In this document: positions 18,112-33,019 of the stretch, piece by piece
How positions within the stretch are numbered: position 1 is the first letter of the stretch
Layout: every line of letters starts with the position of its first letter
Source: the human T2T-CHM13v2.0 reference genome, Homo sapiens
Length of the DNA stretch: 64,000 nucleotides
Reading direction: 5' to 3' (one strand)
Assembly: GCF_009914755.1 (NCBI RefSeq)
Contig: NC_060947.1
Notes under the pieces: generated by a model
The model's database searches: none
The model's input: the letters and a program-made list of their open reading frames with translations, nothing else
What the model was told of the DNA's origin: nothing
Translations under genes and position numbers: made by a program

Positions 18112-18712
18112 TTTTTTTTTCTTAAAATGCAGATGGGATCTTGCTACGTGGCACAGGCTGGTCTCAAACTCCTGGGCTTAAGAGATCATCTCACCTTGGC
18201 CTCCCAAGTAGCTGGAACTGCAGGGGCACGCCACCACACCTGGCTAATATGTATATATTTTATATATTACATACATATTATATATGACACATATTATATA
18301 TACTACAGATATATATGTTATATTACATACATAATATACCATATACATTATATTGCATATATAATATACATTATACTACACATAATATGTAATATATTAC
18401 ATATATAAAATATAAAATATATAATGTACACATACATAACTTACATATCACATATATAACACATATATAATATGCAATATAATATACATGTAATATCTAA
18501 TATATGTAATATATGCAATATTTATATACATGTAATATATGCAATATATATTTTCATATTATATTTTTATATATAAACCTATATTTATAATATATATAAA
18601 CCTATATTTATATATAATATATAAACCTATATTTATATTAATATATAAACATATTTATATATATTTTTATATTATATATAAACCTACAAATATATATTTA
18701 TATATATATATA

Positions 18713-18720
<8 letters not shown>
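18112..18720. repeat. AluJ fragment (18112-18247, -) followed by (TA)n-rich tract
   Basis: CAGGCTGGTCTCAAACTCCTGGGCTTAAG...CCTGGCTAA, then ~470 bp of TA-rich sequence. Confidence 0.85.
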
Positions 18721-19501
<781 letters not shown>

Positions 19502-19839
19502 TGAGCTGCTGTCTGGGGCTGTCAAAGCCACGTTGCTCACCTGACCAGGTAAGTCTTGGCTTGGACTGTTTCCCAGGACAAATAACAGGTGTTTTCTCCC
19601 ATTCCCTGCCCTGAGACATGGGAGTGTCTTTGCTGGAATTATAGCAACTGTGAGCCTCTTCGTGGCCGTCCTGTCGCCTTGGAGTCTTAAGGGAAGGCGC
19701 ACACGTTATCACAAAGCATATGCATTTGCCCCTGGGCCCCAGAGGTGCTGGATTATGGGGGTACAGGGAAAAGTCTGTCCACACCCCAGTCTTCTGGGAT
19801 CCATAGGCCAGGGAGAAATCCTCCTTCTGTCTCCGAGAG

Positions 19840-20660
19840 TCTGACAGAGACAGCATGTCATTATCTTAACAGCTGTAAATCCCAATTATTTCTGAGGCAG
19901 AAAATGCACTCTAAAATATGCATGCTTATTTAAAAAAAGAGAAAGAAAAAAAAAACCCTCAAAGATTGCAGTCGTGTTGCTATAATTTAGAGCCCTAAAC
20001 CTCAGAACCTCCGGATGGGTCTTCGGCTTGATATTGTGAGACCGGCTCTTTCAATCTTGGAGGGATATCTCAGCAAATGCTCCTCTTCCCGTTCTCTGCA
20101 AGTGGGGGGAAACCGCCGCTGACCCACGGGGTGACACGCAGCTGAATCATTCCAAAGGGAACCGGGGGCCGGATTGATCTGCGTTGGTCGCTAACGAAGG
20201 CTCGTAGGCAAAGCTCAGCGAAGTGGGCTCGGCGGACACAGGGTGGGCTCGGGGCCCCGGGGCCGGGCCTGCTGGTGGAGGCTGGGGATGTCTTTTTGAT
20301 TTTGTCGTTAGGAAGCCGTACCGTAGTCTCTCCGAGGCGTTGGGTGAAATTCACAGATTTCATCTTCCGTGAACTGTGGCTCACTTTTTGATATATATAT
20401 ATATATTTTTTCCCCCGATTGCTTGATGTCACCCTGTGCTTTTTCCATAAGACAAATGCAAATGAGCCAGGCATTCTAACGAGGCGAGCCCTCGGAGGTG
20501 ACCTCTTTCTGGGGAAGCTCCGGTCTGCAAAACCACGATGAGAGAGGAAAACGTTTTTTTTTTTTTTGCAGAGAAAACTCAGGCCTGCTGTTTAATCAGG
20601 GCCTTTGCTGCGGCCGCTGCTCCTGCAGACACAGAGGCGTTAATGAGGCAAGACTAGTCC
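19840..20660. promoter_or_regulatory. CpG-rich unique island, candidate conserved enhancer
   Basis: Repeat-free with many CpGs (20030-20620), plus TGATTGAT-like (GGATTGAT), CAATTA and CAGCTG motifs. Function is inferred only. Confidence 0.3.
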
Positions 20661-20717
20661 CCATGTCCCCACGTTGGAGGCCTGGGATGAGGATCCCTTC
20701 TCTGTCCCCCATGTCTG

Positions 20718-22141
20718 CATCCCAGGACGCAGGTGGATCCGAGTCTGCTGCATAGACGGCCATTAGGTCCCAGGATGGAGCTGGATTCGAGCCTGCTGTG
20801 TAGACGGCCATTAGGTCCCAGTCCCAGGATGGAGCTGGATTCAAGCCTGCTATGTAGATGGCTATTAGGTCCCAGGATGCAGGTGGATCTGAGTCTGCTG
20901 CATAGAAGGCCATTAGGTCCCAGGATGGAGCTGGATTCGAGCCTGCTGTGTAGACAGCCATTAGGTCCCGGGATGCAGCTACATCTGAGCCTGCTGCATA
21001 GATGGCCATTAGGTCCTGGGATGGAGCTGCATTGGACCCTGCTGTGTAGACAGCCATTAGGTCCCAGGATGCAGCTACATCTGAGCCTGCTGCATAGATG
21101 GCCATTAGGTCCTGGGACGGAGCTGCATTGGACCCTGCTGTGTAGAGAGCCATTAGGTCCTGGGATGTAGCTGCATCCGAGTCTGCTGTGTAGACGGCCA
21201 TTAGGTCCCAGTCCCAGGATGGAGCTGGAGTTGAGCCTGCTATGTAGATGGCTATTAGGTCCCAGGACGCAGGTGGATCCGAGTCTGCTGCATAGATGGC
21301 CATTAGGTCCCAGGATGGAGCTGGATTCGAGCCTGCTGTGTAGACGGCCATTAGGTCCCAGTCCCAGGATGGAGCTGGAGTGGAGCCTGCTATGTAGATG
21401 GCTATTAGGTCCCAGGACGCAGGTGGATCCGAGTCTGCTGCATAGATGGCCATTAGGTCCCAGGATGGAGCTGGATTCGAGCCTGCTATGTAGATGGCTA
21501 TTAGGTCTCGGGATGCAGCTACATCTGAGCCTGCTGCATAGACGGCCATTAGGTCCTGGGACAGAGCTGCATTGGACCCTGCTGTGTAGACAGCCATTAG
21601 GTCCCAGGATGTAGCTGCATCCGAGTCTGCTGCATAGATGGCCATTAGGTCCCAGTCCCAGGATGGAGCTGGATTCGAGCCTGCTGTGTAGACGGCCATT
21701 AGGTCCCAGTCCCAGGATGGAGCTGGAGTCGAGCCTGCTGTGTAGACGGCCATTAGGTCCCAGTCCCAGGATGGAGCTGGATTCGAGCCTGCTATGTAGA
21801 TGGCTATTAGGTCCCGGGATGCAGCTACATCTGAGCCTGCTTCATAGACGGCCATTAAGTCCTGGGACGGAGCTGCATTGGACCCTGCTGTGTAGACAGC
21901 TATTAGGTCCCGGGATGCAGCTACATCTGAGCCTGCTGCATGGACGGCCATTAGGTCCTGGGATGGAGCTGCATTGGACCCTGCTGTGTAGACAGCCATT
22001 AGGTCCCGGGATGCAGCTGCATCTGAGTCTGCTGCATAGATGGCCATTAGGTCCTGGGACGGAGCTGCATTGGACCCTGCTGTGTAGACAGCCATTAGGT
22101 CCCAGGATGTGGCTGCATCTGAGCCTGCTGTGTAGACGGCC
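20718..22141 (+). repeat. 48-bp minisatellite, array A (~29 units; 54-bp variant)
   Basis: Unit CATTAGGTCCCAGGATGGAGCTGGATTCGAGCCTGCTGTGTAGACGGC; 16-aa periodicity in ORF 20596..22203. Confidence 0.97.
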
Positions 22142-23470
22142 AAAATAAATAACAAAACTGTGTTGGCAGGCGGTGACCGACAGACGAACCACTGGGCTCT
22201 CATCCCGGCCGGCCCTTTGAGTTGTTTAAGTTCCTCTTGTACTTGAATTGTTTCCCCAGAACGAGGTGGATCAAAGTGTCATACAGTAACAGCCCAGACA
22301 GACGATAGGTATGGCAGAAAAGAAAAAAACTAAAAAAAAAAAAAAAAAAAAATCGCATGGGAAGTTTCCCCGCCTCCTCTTTGGCCATTCTGTGCCCGGA
22401 GATCAAAGTTCTCATTTCAGCTCTAATTAAGAAAAACTAACACAGAGCCAAGGCCTTCTGGCTCCGAAGAGGGCCTTTGGTGGATCACTGCTGAAATCTT
22501 CCCGAGATTTAAATAATTAATATGACACCTTGAGCTCTGCACGGAGAAATTAAAAAAAAAAAAAACAAAAAAGGGAAAGGGAAAGGGGAGGAAGGGGGCC
22601 CCGTGTCGGAGCGGGGAACAATGGGATTGAGGATATGGCAGAGCATTTGTACCCCTGGATGCGTGCAGCCCTCCTTTGTCATGCTAAAGGGGAACCTTTA
22701 TTTTCTGTGGTCACCCCGGGTGCTCAGAGCCTCTAGGAGGATCCTTTCGGAAAGCAAGTCTGCTGTGGGGAGTTGGAGGACGCTCATTTAATGCTTTTTA
22801 ATCCTGTTAATCCCAGGCAGAATGGCCATCCCCAGCGCAAATCCGGTCCCCAAAGCCCTCCCCGGCTTGCCAGAGCCAGGCTCCCTCCCAGACGCTCCCG
22901 GGAAGCATCTCTTCTGCGAGCCGGCCTGTCTCTGTGCTGTGTTCCCGGAGCCATCTGAGCCAGCACAGGCGACGAGAAATTAAAATCAGGCCTGGCATTG
23001 TGCTACGTCTCTGTGCTGGGTTCCCGGAGCCATCGTGAGCCAGCAGAGGCGACAAGCAATTAAAATCAGCTGCAAATCCTACGGCCGGAGCGTCCGGGGA
23101 GTGCAGGACGGGACCAGCCAGGCCTCGAACCCCCGTCCCTCTCGATGGGGTCGAGTCTGAAGATTCCTCCTCCTGCCCAGGACTGTTCAGATCCTCGGTG
23201 GAGTGTGGACACGGATTAGTCGTCCACTGCTGCAGACGAGATCAGAGCCAAGCCTCGGTGTTCAGTTCGTTACAACTTCATAAAGCCAGGTCGCTCCCCC
23301 TCTGCCTCTGTACGCAGGAAGAAAATCGATCGGTCTAATTTCATAGCTCAGCATAAAACTCGACGGAACCTTTGCAAAGGCAATGATAAAAAAGATCCCG
23401 GAAAAAGCCGACAGTCTCCACGGCATGACGGCGCGGCCGCAGCTGAATAAACTCGGGGTGGGCGGCCAAC
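22142..23470. promoter_or_regulatory. Candidate developmental enhancer / CpG-rich island between the two 48-bp arrays
   Basis: TCF/LEF GATCAAAG at 22269 and AGATCAAAG at 22400; TAATTA at ~22424 and ~22514; TGTCA/TGACA at ~22277 and ~22522; CATAAA at ~23279 and ~23352; dense CpGs at 22830-23465. Confidence 0.5.
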
Positions 23471-24392
23471 CCTGCTGCATAGACGGCCATCAGGTCCCAG
23501 GATGGAGCTGGATTCGAGCCTGCTGTGTAGACACCCATTAGGTCCTGGGACGGAGCTGGATTCGAGTCTGCTGCATAGACGGCCATTAGGTCCCGGGACG
23601 GAGCTGGATTCGAGCCTGCTGTGTAGACACCCATTAGGTCCTGGGACGGAGCTGGATTCGAGTCTGCTGCATAGACGGCCATTAGGTCCCGGGACGGAGC
23701 TGGATTCGAGCCTGCTGTGTAGACAGCCATTAGGTCCAGGGATGGAGTTGGATTCGAGCCTGCTGTGTAGACAGCCATTAGGTCCTGGGACAGAGCTGGA
23801 TTCGAGTCTGCTGCATAGACGGCCATTAGGTCCCGGGATGGAGCTGGATTCGAGCCTGCTGTGTAGACAGCCATTAGGTCCTGGGATGGAGTTGGATTCG
23901 AGCCTGCTGTGTAGACAGCCATTAGGTCCCGGGACGGAGCTGGATTTGAGTCTGCTGCATAGATGGCCATGAGGTCCCAGGACGGAGCTGGATTCGAGCC
24001 TGCTGTGTAGACATCCATTAGGTCCTGAGACGGAGCTGGATTCAAGTCTGCTGCATAGACGGCCATTAGGTCCCGGGACGCAGGTGGATCCAAGTCTGCT
24101 GCATAGATGGCCATTAGGTCCCAGTCCCAGGATGGAGCTGCATAGGAGCCTGCTGTGTAGACAGCCATTAGGTCCCAGTCCCAGGATGGAGCTGGAGTCG
24201 AGCCTGCTGTGTAGACAGCCATTAGGTCCCAGTCCCAGGATGGAGCTGGAGTCAAGCCTGCTGTGTAGACGGCCATTAGGTCCCAGGATGCAGGTACATC
24301 CTAGTCTGCTGCATAGACGGCCATTAGGTCCCAGTCCCAGGATGGAGCTGCATAGGAGCCTGCTGTGTAGACAGCCATTAGGTCCCAGTCCC
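23471..24392 (+). repeat. 48-bp minisatellite, array B (~19 units), same unit and orientation as array A
   Basis: CATTAGGTCC(T/C)GGGACGGAGCTGGATTCGAG(C/T)CTGCTG(T/C)(G/A)TAGAC repeats. Confidence 0.97.
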
Positions 24393-25682
24393 AACACACA
24401 CAAACCACAGTAAACACATACACTATGCACAACACAGATGCCACACCACACACACACAACACATAAAATACACACTACACACAAAACACATACTGCACAC
24501 AACACACAGAATACACACTACACACAGCACACACAAACCACACTAAACACATATGCTATGCACAACAAAGATGCCACACAACACACACACATAGAACACA
24601 CAAAATATACACAACACACACAAACCACACTAAACACATATGCACAACACAGATGCCACAGAACACACATACATAAAACACGCAAATACATACTATACAC
24701 AACACAGCACAAACCACACACTGCACACACAAATGCACACTACACACAAACCACACAAACCACACTAAACACACACACTCTGCACAGTACAAACATCACA
24801 CTAAATACACATATACACAAAATACATATGACACACAAAATACATAGAAAAACACAGACTGGCCTCACAAACCACACACACTATGCACAACACAGATGCC
24901 ACACCACACACACACATATAACACACAAAATACACACTACACACAGCACACACAAACCACACTAAACACATATGCACAACACAGATGCCACACAACACGC
25001 ACACACCCAACACACAAAATACACACTACACACAACACACACAAACCACAGTAAACACACACTATGCACAATACAGATACCAGACAACAGACACTTACAA
25101 CACACAAAATACACACTACACACAACACACACAAACCACAGTAAACACATACACTGTGCACAACAGATGCCACACAACACACACACATACAACACACAAA
25201 ATACAAACCACACTAAACACATATTCTGTGCGCAAAACAGATGCCACATAAAACACACACATGCAACACACAAAATACCTACTACATATACACAACACTA
25301 AACACAGACGTTATGCACAACACAGATGCCACACAATACACACACAAAACACACAAATACATACTACACACAACACAAACCACACTAAACACACACTGCA
25401 CCTACAAAATACACATTGCACACAACACATGCAAACCACACTAAACACACACTATGCACAATACAGATACCAGACACCACACACTTACAACACAGAAAAT
25501 ACACACTACACACAACACACACAAACCACACTAAACACATACACTCTGCACAGGACAGACGTCACACTGAATACACACACATAACACATAATCTACAATT
25601 ACACGCAACAGACGCAGACGTCGCTAAACACACACACTCTGCACAGGACAGACACCACACTAAACACGCACACACACACAAA
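24393..25682 (+). repeat. Degenerate (CA)-rich tandem repeat
   Basis: Recurring ACACAAACCACACTAAACACA..ATGCACAACACAGATGCCACA motifs in a C/A-rich tract. Confidence 0.9.
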
Positions 25683-25786
25683 TGTGGTAGGTCACCCCCA
25701 CATCATGAGCCCCAAGAGCCAGTTGATTTCTGCCTCAACAACGGTTGATTTGAAGGAACTTACGATGAATTAAGATGTGGACATCT

Positions 25787-26072
25787 GGCCGGGCGCGGTG
25801 GCTCACGCCTGTAATCCCAGCACTTTGGGAGGCCGAGGCGCGTGGTGGTCAGGAGGGTTGGATCCTCATGAATGGGATTCATCCCTTATAAAAGAGACTT
25901 CAGGCCGGACGAAGGGGCGCCCACCACGAAGCCCGGCTAATTTTTTGTATTTTTGGTACAGACGGGGTTTCACCGTGTTGGCCAGGATGGTCTCGATCTC
26001 TTGACCTCGTGATCCGCCCTCCTTGGCCTCCCAAAGCGCTGGGATTACAGGCGTGAGCTACCACACCCAGCT
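25787..26072. mobile_element. Composite: sense Alu 5' fragment + MaLR-like fragment + antisense Alu fragment
   Basis: GGCCGGGCGCGGTGG..GAGGCG / CCTCATGAATGGGATT..CCCTTATAAAAGAGAC / CCCGGCTAATTTTTTG..GCTGGGATTACAGGCGTGAG. Confidence 0.7.
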
Positions 26073-26079
26073 TCTCAAT

Positions 26080-26360
26080 TTTTTAAAACTGAGATTAAGT
26101 TTGCATGGCACGCAAGCAATCCTTTCAAAAGTGAACAGTTCAGGGACGTGTGTGTGCATTTACAATGTTGCTGTACATTTACAATGAGAGGGATTGGGGG
26201 TGTGTCTGTTTCATAGGGTTCCTTCTGGGGGAGCAAAATATTCTAGGAATAGAATTTTCCAGAAGGAAACCTATCAAACAGTCACAGCCCCAATCCCTCT
26301 CTCTCAGCCCCTGGCAGTCACAAAGCTCCTTTCTGTCTCAACGAATTTGTCTGTTCTGCG
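26080..26360 (-). mobile_element. Old L1M 3' fragment containing a fold-back inversion
   Basis: L1MB-like AAAAGTGAACAGTTCAG..CATTTACAATGTTG..CAGCCCCTGGCAGTCAC..CTTTCTGTCTC. Confidence 0.55.
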
Positions 26361-26493
26361 TTTATTTTTTAATAGACTTGCTTATACATAGAAAAGAATT
26401 TCAAAGTTTGGCCACTGCTGTGCTTGCTGCTGGTGGCTATGGGGTCTTGATACTTCTTAGGATATCCCCCTAGGATAACATCAGGGTTCCTGA

Positions 26494-27114
<621 letters not shown>

Positions 27115-27719
27115 TGATTTATTTTCTTTAAACAAAGCCCAGGGGCCACCGTGAGATTATGTCACCTCTCTGTGGTGTTTTTCCCCTTTTTATCCAATAT
27201 ATTGCATTCTGAGACACATTTCTAATGTACAGAAAGAGATGTTCATGCTTCTTGCACTTTTTTTTCAGAAGTTAACGCTAAATCTATGTGTCTTGGCCTC
27301 TTAAAAACAAAACAAAACCAAAAAAAACAAACCTACACTTCCATAGTTGAAAAACTGGACTGGTTTTGGGTGCTACCACACACGTCTCACAACAAACACA
27401 GTTGAGAATCAAGCGACTGTTTCAATAGCTCATAAATGGTGGTGAGAAAAGCCTGTTTGTAACCACTTCAGCATTTGAAATTAAACTCATCATTTAAGGA
27501 TTTCTAAAGGTAATCATTTGGTCAACAACAGCAAAAAGTATTCCCTTTCTTGCCTGCCTCCCTCCTTCCTGTCCTTCCCTCCTTCCCTTCTTCCTTCCTT
27601 CCTTCCCTCCTTCCTTCCTTCATTTCTTTCTTTTCTTCTTTCTCTCTTTCTTTCTTTTTCTTTCCCACAGGGAAAGGGGCGCCGTGAATGTAGCCCATAT
27701 AGACCTAGAAGAGAGATGA

Positions 27720-28827
27720 TCAGCTATCATCTCTCTCTCTTTCTCTATCTATTAATCTATCTATATATCTTACCTATCGATGTATCTATTATATCTATGT
27801 ATCTATATCTATTTATGTATTCTATGTATCTATTTTATCTATGTATCTATATCTATTGTATGTATCTATTATATCTATGTATCTATATCTATTTATGTAT
27901 TCTATGTATCTATTTTATCTATGTATCTATATCTATTTATTCTATGTATCTATTATATCTATGTATGTATATCTATTTATGTATTCTATGTATCTATTTA
28001 TCTATATCTATTCTATGTATCTATTATATCTATGTATCCATATCTATTTATGTATTCTATGTATCTATTTTATCTATTTATCTATATCTATTGTATGTAT
28101 CTATTATATCTATGTATCTATATCTATTTATGTATTCTATGTATCTATTTTATCTATTTATCTATATCTATTGTATGTATCTATTATATCTATGTATCTA
28201 TATCTATTTATGTATTCTATGTATCTATTTTATCTATGTATCTATATCTATTGTATGTATCTATTATATCTATGTATCTATATCTATTTATGTATTCTAT
28301 GTATCTATTTTATCTATGTATCTATATCTATTTATTCTATGTATCTATTATATCTATGTATCTATATCTATTTATGTATTCTATGTATCTATTTATCTAT
28401 ATTCTATGTATCTATTATATCTATGTATCCATATCTATGTATTCTATGTATCTATTTTATCTATTTATCTATATCTATTTATTCTATGTATCTATTATAT
28501 CTATGTATCTATATCTATTCTATGTATCTATTATATTTATCTATGTATCTATGTATGTATGTATCATCTATCTTATCATGTATTTATTATATCTATTATC
28601 TATCTTATCTATCATCTATCTATTGCATCTATTATCTATCATCTATTATATCTATTTATATCTATCATCTATGTATCTATTATATCTATCATCTATCTTA
28701 TCTATCATCTATTATATCTATCATCTCTCATCTATGTATCTATGTATTATATCTATCTATCATCTATCCATCTATCTATGTATGTATGTATCTGTCTATT
28801 ATCTATCTATCCATCTATCTATCATCC
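27720..28827 (+). repeat. Complex (TATC/TATG)n satellite-like tract
   Basis: About 1.1 kb of TATCTAT/TATGTAT with recurring higher-order blocks. Confidence 0.95.
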
Positions 28828-29649
28828 AACTGGATTATCAATATCCGTGCTCCCACACATATTTCACTCTCTCTCTCTCTCAACCTTGCCAAAAGCAGGC
28901 AGAACGCAGCAGGAAGTGACTCCCTCCCGATCCTTTGCCCCAAGGGGCAGACACCCACCCGTAGGAAGCTGCATTCCTGGGGTCTGTGGTCATGTCACCG
29001 TTAGCAATGTGGTACCTGGGCTGGACAAGAGAGTCAATTTACGGCTCTTTTGTGCTGAATATCAGAAAAGCCGATCATTCAATTATCTCAGCGTTACCTT
29101 TCACTGGCATTATTTCATTCCTTGAAATGGCTTTTCATTCCAATTATAGGTTTTCATGGAGAAATTGTTGGATAATGTAATAATATTTGCCTCTTGCCGT
29201 CCTCTGAGGGCGATGATGAATGTTTAATAAGACACCAAAGTTGCAAAACCATTATGCACTTCTCAAAAGAGAGATGCCATATAAATGAATAATAAGAATA
29301 AATTATGCAACTGTATTGGGTAGAAAAAAAATCAATTACTCTTCTTCTAGTGGCCAGTGATCTACTTTATATGCTGGATTTTAGAGTTAATTAATTAAGT
29401 TACGTCCTGTATTAAAAAAACAAACGTGTCAGCTTTTTTACAGTTTTTTGCTTTTCCTGCCCTAATAGCGTGATGGTTCTATGGGGTGAGGTCCCCTACA
29501 TCCTGATTGAAATGAACGATTTCCCGGTGAAGCTCCGAGTTTCCACTGGAGAGAAAATGGTGACTGTCTCAAGAATTAGCCTGGGAGACCCTGAAGAGCT
29601 TCAGAATATGCCACCAAAAAAAAAAAAATACATATATGTATATTGCAGG

Positions 29650-29952
29650 GGCCAGGTGGGGTGGCTCATGGCTATAATCCCAGCACTTTGGGAGGCCGAG
29701 GCAGGTGGATCAGGAGGTCAGGAGTTCAAGACCAGCCTGGCCAAGATGGTGAAACCCTGTCTCTACTAAAAATACCAAAAAATTAACCAGGCGTGGTGGC
29801 AGGCATCTGTAATCCCAGCTACTCGGGAGGCTGAGGGAGAGGATTGTTTGAACCTGGGAGGTGGAGGTTGCAGTGAGCCGAGATCACGCCATTGCACTCC
29901 AGCCTGGGTGACAGAGCGAGACTCTGTCTCAAAAAAAGAAAAAAAAAAAAAA
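29650..29952 (+). mobile_element. Alu (AluS type)
   Basis: Full-length sense Alu with A-tail. Confidence 0.95.
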
Positions 29953-30269
29953 GCAACAGCTACGGAGGCTAAAAGGTCCCCTCCTTCTGTGTTTAACTGG
30001 GAATGTCGGCAACCTTTACACATGATTTGTTTTCTCTGAGGTTGATCAGGAAATGGAAGCCACCTCATCCATGGAACTTACTCCAAAACTCTAATACTCA
30101 ACATAGGAAGAGCTTGGAGCCGATGGTCTGTTGGGAACTAGGTCATTACTCCCCTTGTTTTCTCTAACCTTATCCAATTTTCCCGGTTATTCCAAGCTCA
30201 GAGAAGGAGGGACCTTCGGAAATGATGCTACAACTGAGTGACTTCCCTCTAGTCATAGAAAACTGTTGT

Positions 30270-30583
30270 TTTTGTTTTTTGGGTTTTTTTTGCAAGACAC
30301 GGTCTCACTCCGCTGCCCAGGCTGGAGCACAGTGGTGCAATCATGGCTCGTTGGAACTTCGAACTCCTGGGCTCAAGTGATCCTCCCACCTCAGCCTCCA
30401 GAGTAGCTGGGACCACAGGTGTGCACCACCATGCCTGGCAATTTTTTTGTTTTATTTATTTATTTTTTTTAGAGACAGTCTTGCCTTGTTGCTGAAGCTG
30501 GTTTTGAACTCCTGACCTCAAGTGATCTGCCTGCCTCAGCCTCCCAAAGTGTTGGGATGACAGGCATGAGCCACCACTCGGGC
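30270..30583 (-). mobile_element. Alu (AluJ-like)
   Basis: GCAATCATGGCTC..CTCCTGGGCTCAAGTGATCCTCCCACC. Confidence 0.85.
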
Positions 30584-31084
30584 TATAAAACCAATTTTGA
30601 AAAGAGGTGTTGTGTGAACAACCAGCAGTTGAATTACCTGCCAAAGACAACCTTTTGCTTCTCTTTACCTAGGGGTGGCCCTGGGGTCCAATCTCAGCCA
30701 ATGGAACGGAAGGTAAATATACAAGAGGAGGTGTGGCTAGCATGGCCCCTCCACCTCTACTCCGCTCCTGTCTCTGAGTGTGGCTGTGATGCCCGGATCA
30801 GCAGCAGCCTCCTTGCAACCTTGAGGCCACGTGGTGGTGAACAGAAAGGACCTCGGTTACTTGTGGTGTAACTTGAGGCTGCCGTCTTGTGAGTCAGGTG
30901 CCTCGTGTTTTATTTTTTACAAGAGTTGTGTTTCTTTCCAAAGATGATTTTGGATTAGAGAGAAAGAGAGAGAGAGAGAGACAGTAGCGTGTCTGGGTCA
31001 GATTTTTACAAAATATCACTACTTAAGATACCAACGTAGAGATGAGCCAGCGTCCAAGTCCTGTTCATATATTTTGGCCAACTT

Positions 31085-31885
31085 TCTTTTTTTCAGTTTT
31101 TGTTTGTGTGTTTGTTTTATTTTACTTTAAGTTCTGGGGTACGTGTGCAGAACGGGCAGGTTTGTTACATACGTATACACATGCCATGGTGGTTTTCTGC
31201 ACCCATCAACCCATCATCTACATTAGGTATTTTTCCTAATGCTCTCCCTCCCCTATCCCCCCACCCCCTGACAGGCCCTGGTGTGTGATGTTCCCCTCCC
31301 TGTGTCCATGTGTTCTCATTGTTCGACTCCCACTTATGAGTGACAACATGCGGTGTTTGGTTTTCTGTTTCTGTGTTAGTTTGCTGAGAATGATGGTTTC
31401 CAGCTTCATGCATGTCCCTGCAAAGGACATGAACTCCTCCTTTTTGATGGCTGCATAGTATTCCATGGTGTCTCTGTGCCACGTTTTCTTTCTCCAGTCT
31501 ATTATTGATGGGCATTTGGGTTGGTTCCAAATCTTTGCTGTTGTGAATAGTGCCGCAATAAACATACGTGTGCATGTGTCTTTATAGCAGAATGATTTAT
31601 AATCCTTTGGGTATATACCCAGTGATGGGATGGCTGGGTCAAATGGTATTTCTGGTTCTAGATCCCTGAGGAATCGCCACACTGTCTTCCATAATGGTTG
31701 AACTAGTTTACAGTCCCACCAACAGTGTAAAAGTGTTCCTATTTCTCCACATCCTCTCCAGCACCTGTTGTTTCCTGACTTTTTAATGATCGCCCTTCTA
31801 ACTGGTGTGAGGTGGTATCTCATTGTGGTTTTGATTTGCATTTCTCTGATGACCAGTGATGATGAGCTTTTTTTTCACATGTTTG
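31085..31885 (-). mobile_element. L1PA 3' end (ORF2 C-terminus + 3'UTR), 5'-truncated
   Basis: ORF 31236..31841 translates [50 protein letters not shown], the L1 ORF2p Cys-rich C-terminus. Confidence 0.97.
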
Positions 31886-31929
31886 TTTGGCCAACTTTTT
31901 GATATGTTTAGATATTAGGACCAAGATAT

Positions 31930-33019
<1,090 letters not shown>

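Noticed and set aside
20596-24505. 535-aa and 311-aa ORFs with 16-aa repeats (YTAGS), reminiscent of ice-nucleation or mucin repeats
   Set aside because: In-frame translation of a 48-bp minisatellite; variation is not third-position biased by eye and there are no flanking domains. Ribo-seq or proteomics would be needed to revive it.
30670-30910. Possible old MLT1 LTR fragment
   Set aside because: Only short motif resemblance (GCAGCCTCCTTGCAACCTTGAGG); not enough to call without an HMM search.
31236-31841. 201-aa ORF as a functional gene
   Set aside because: C-terminal fragment of L1 ORF2p from a 5'-truncated insertion; the same applies to 33609-33860 and 43378-43749.
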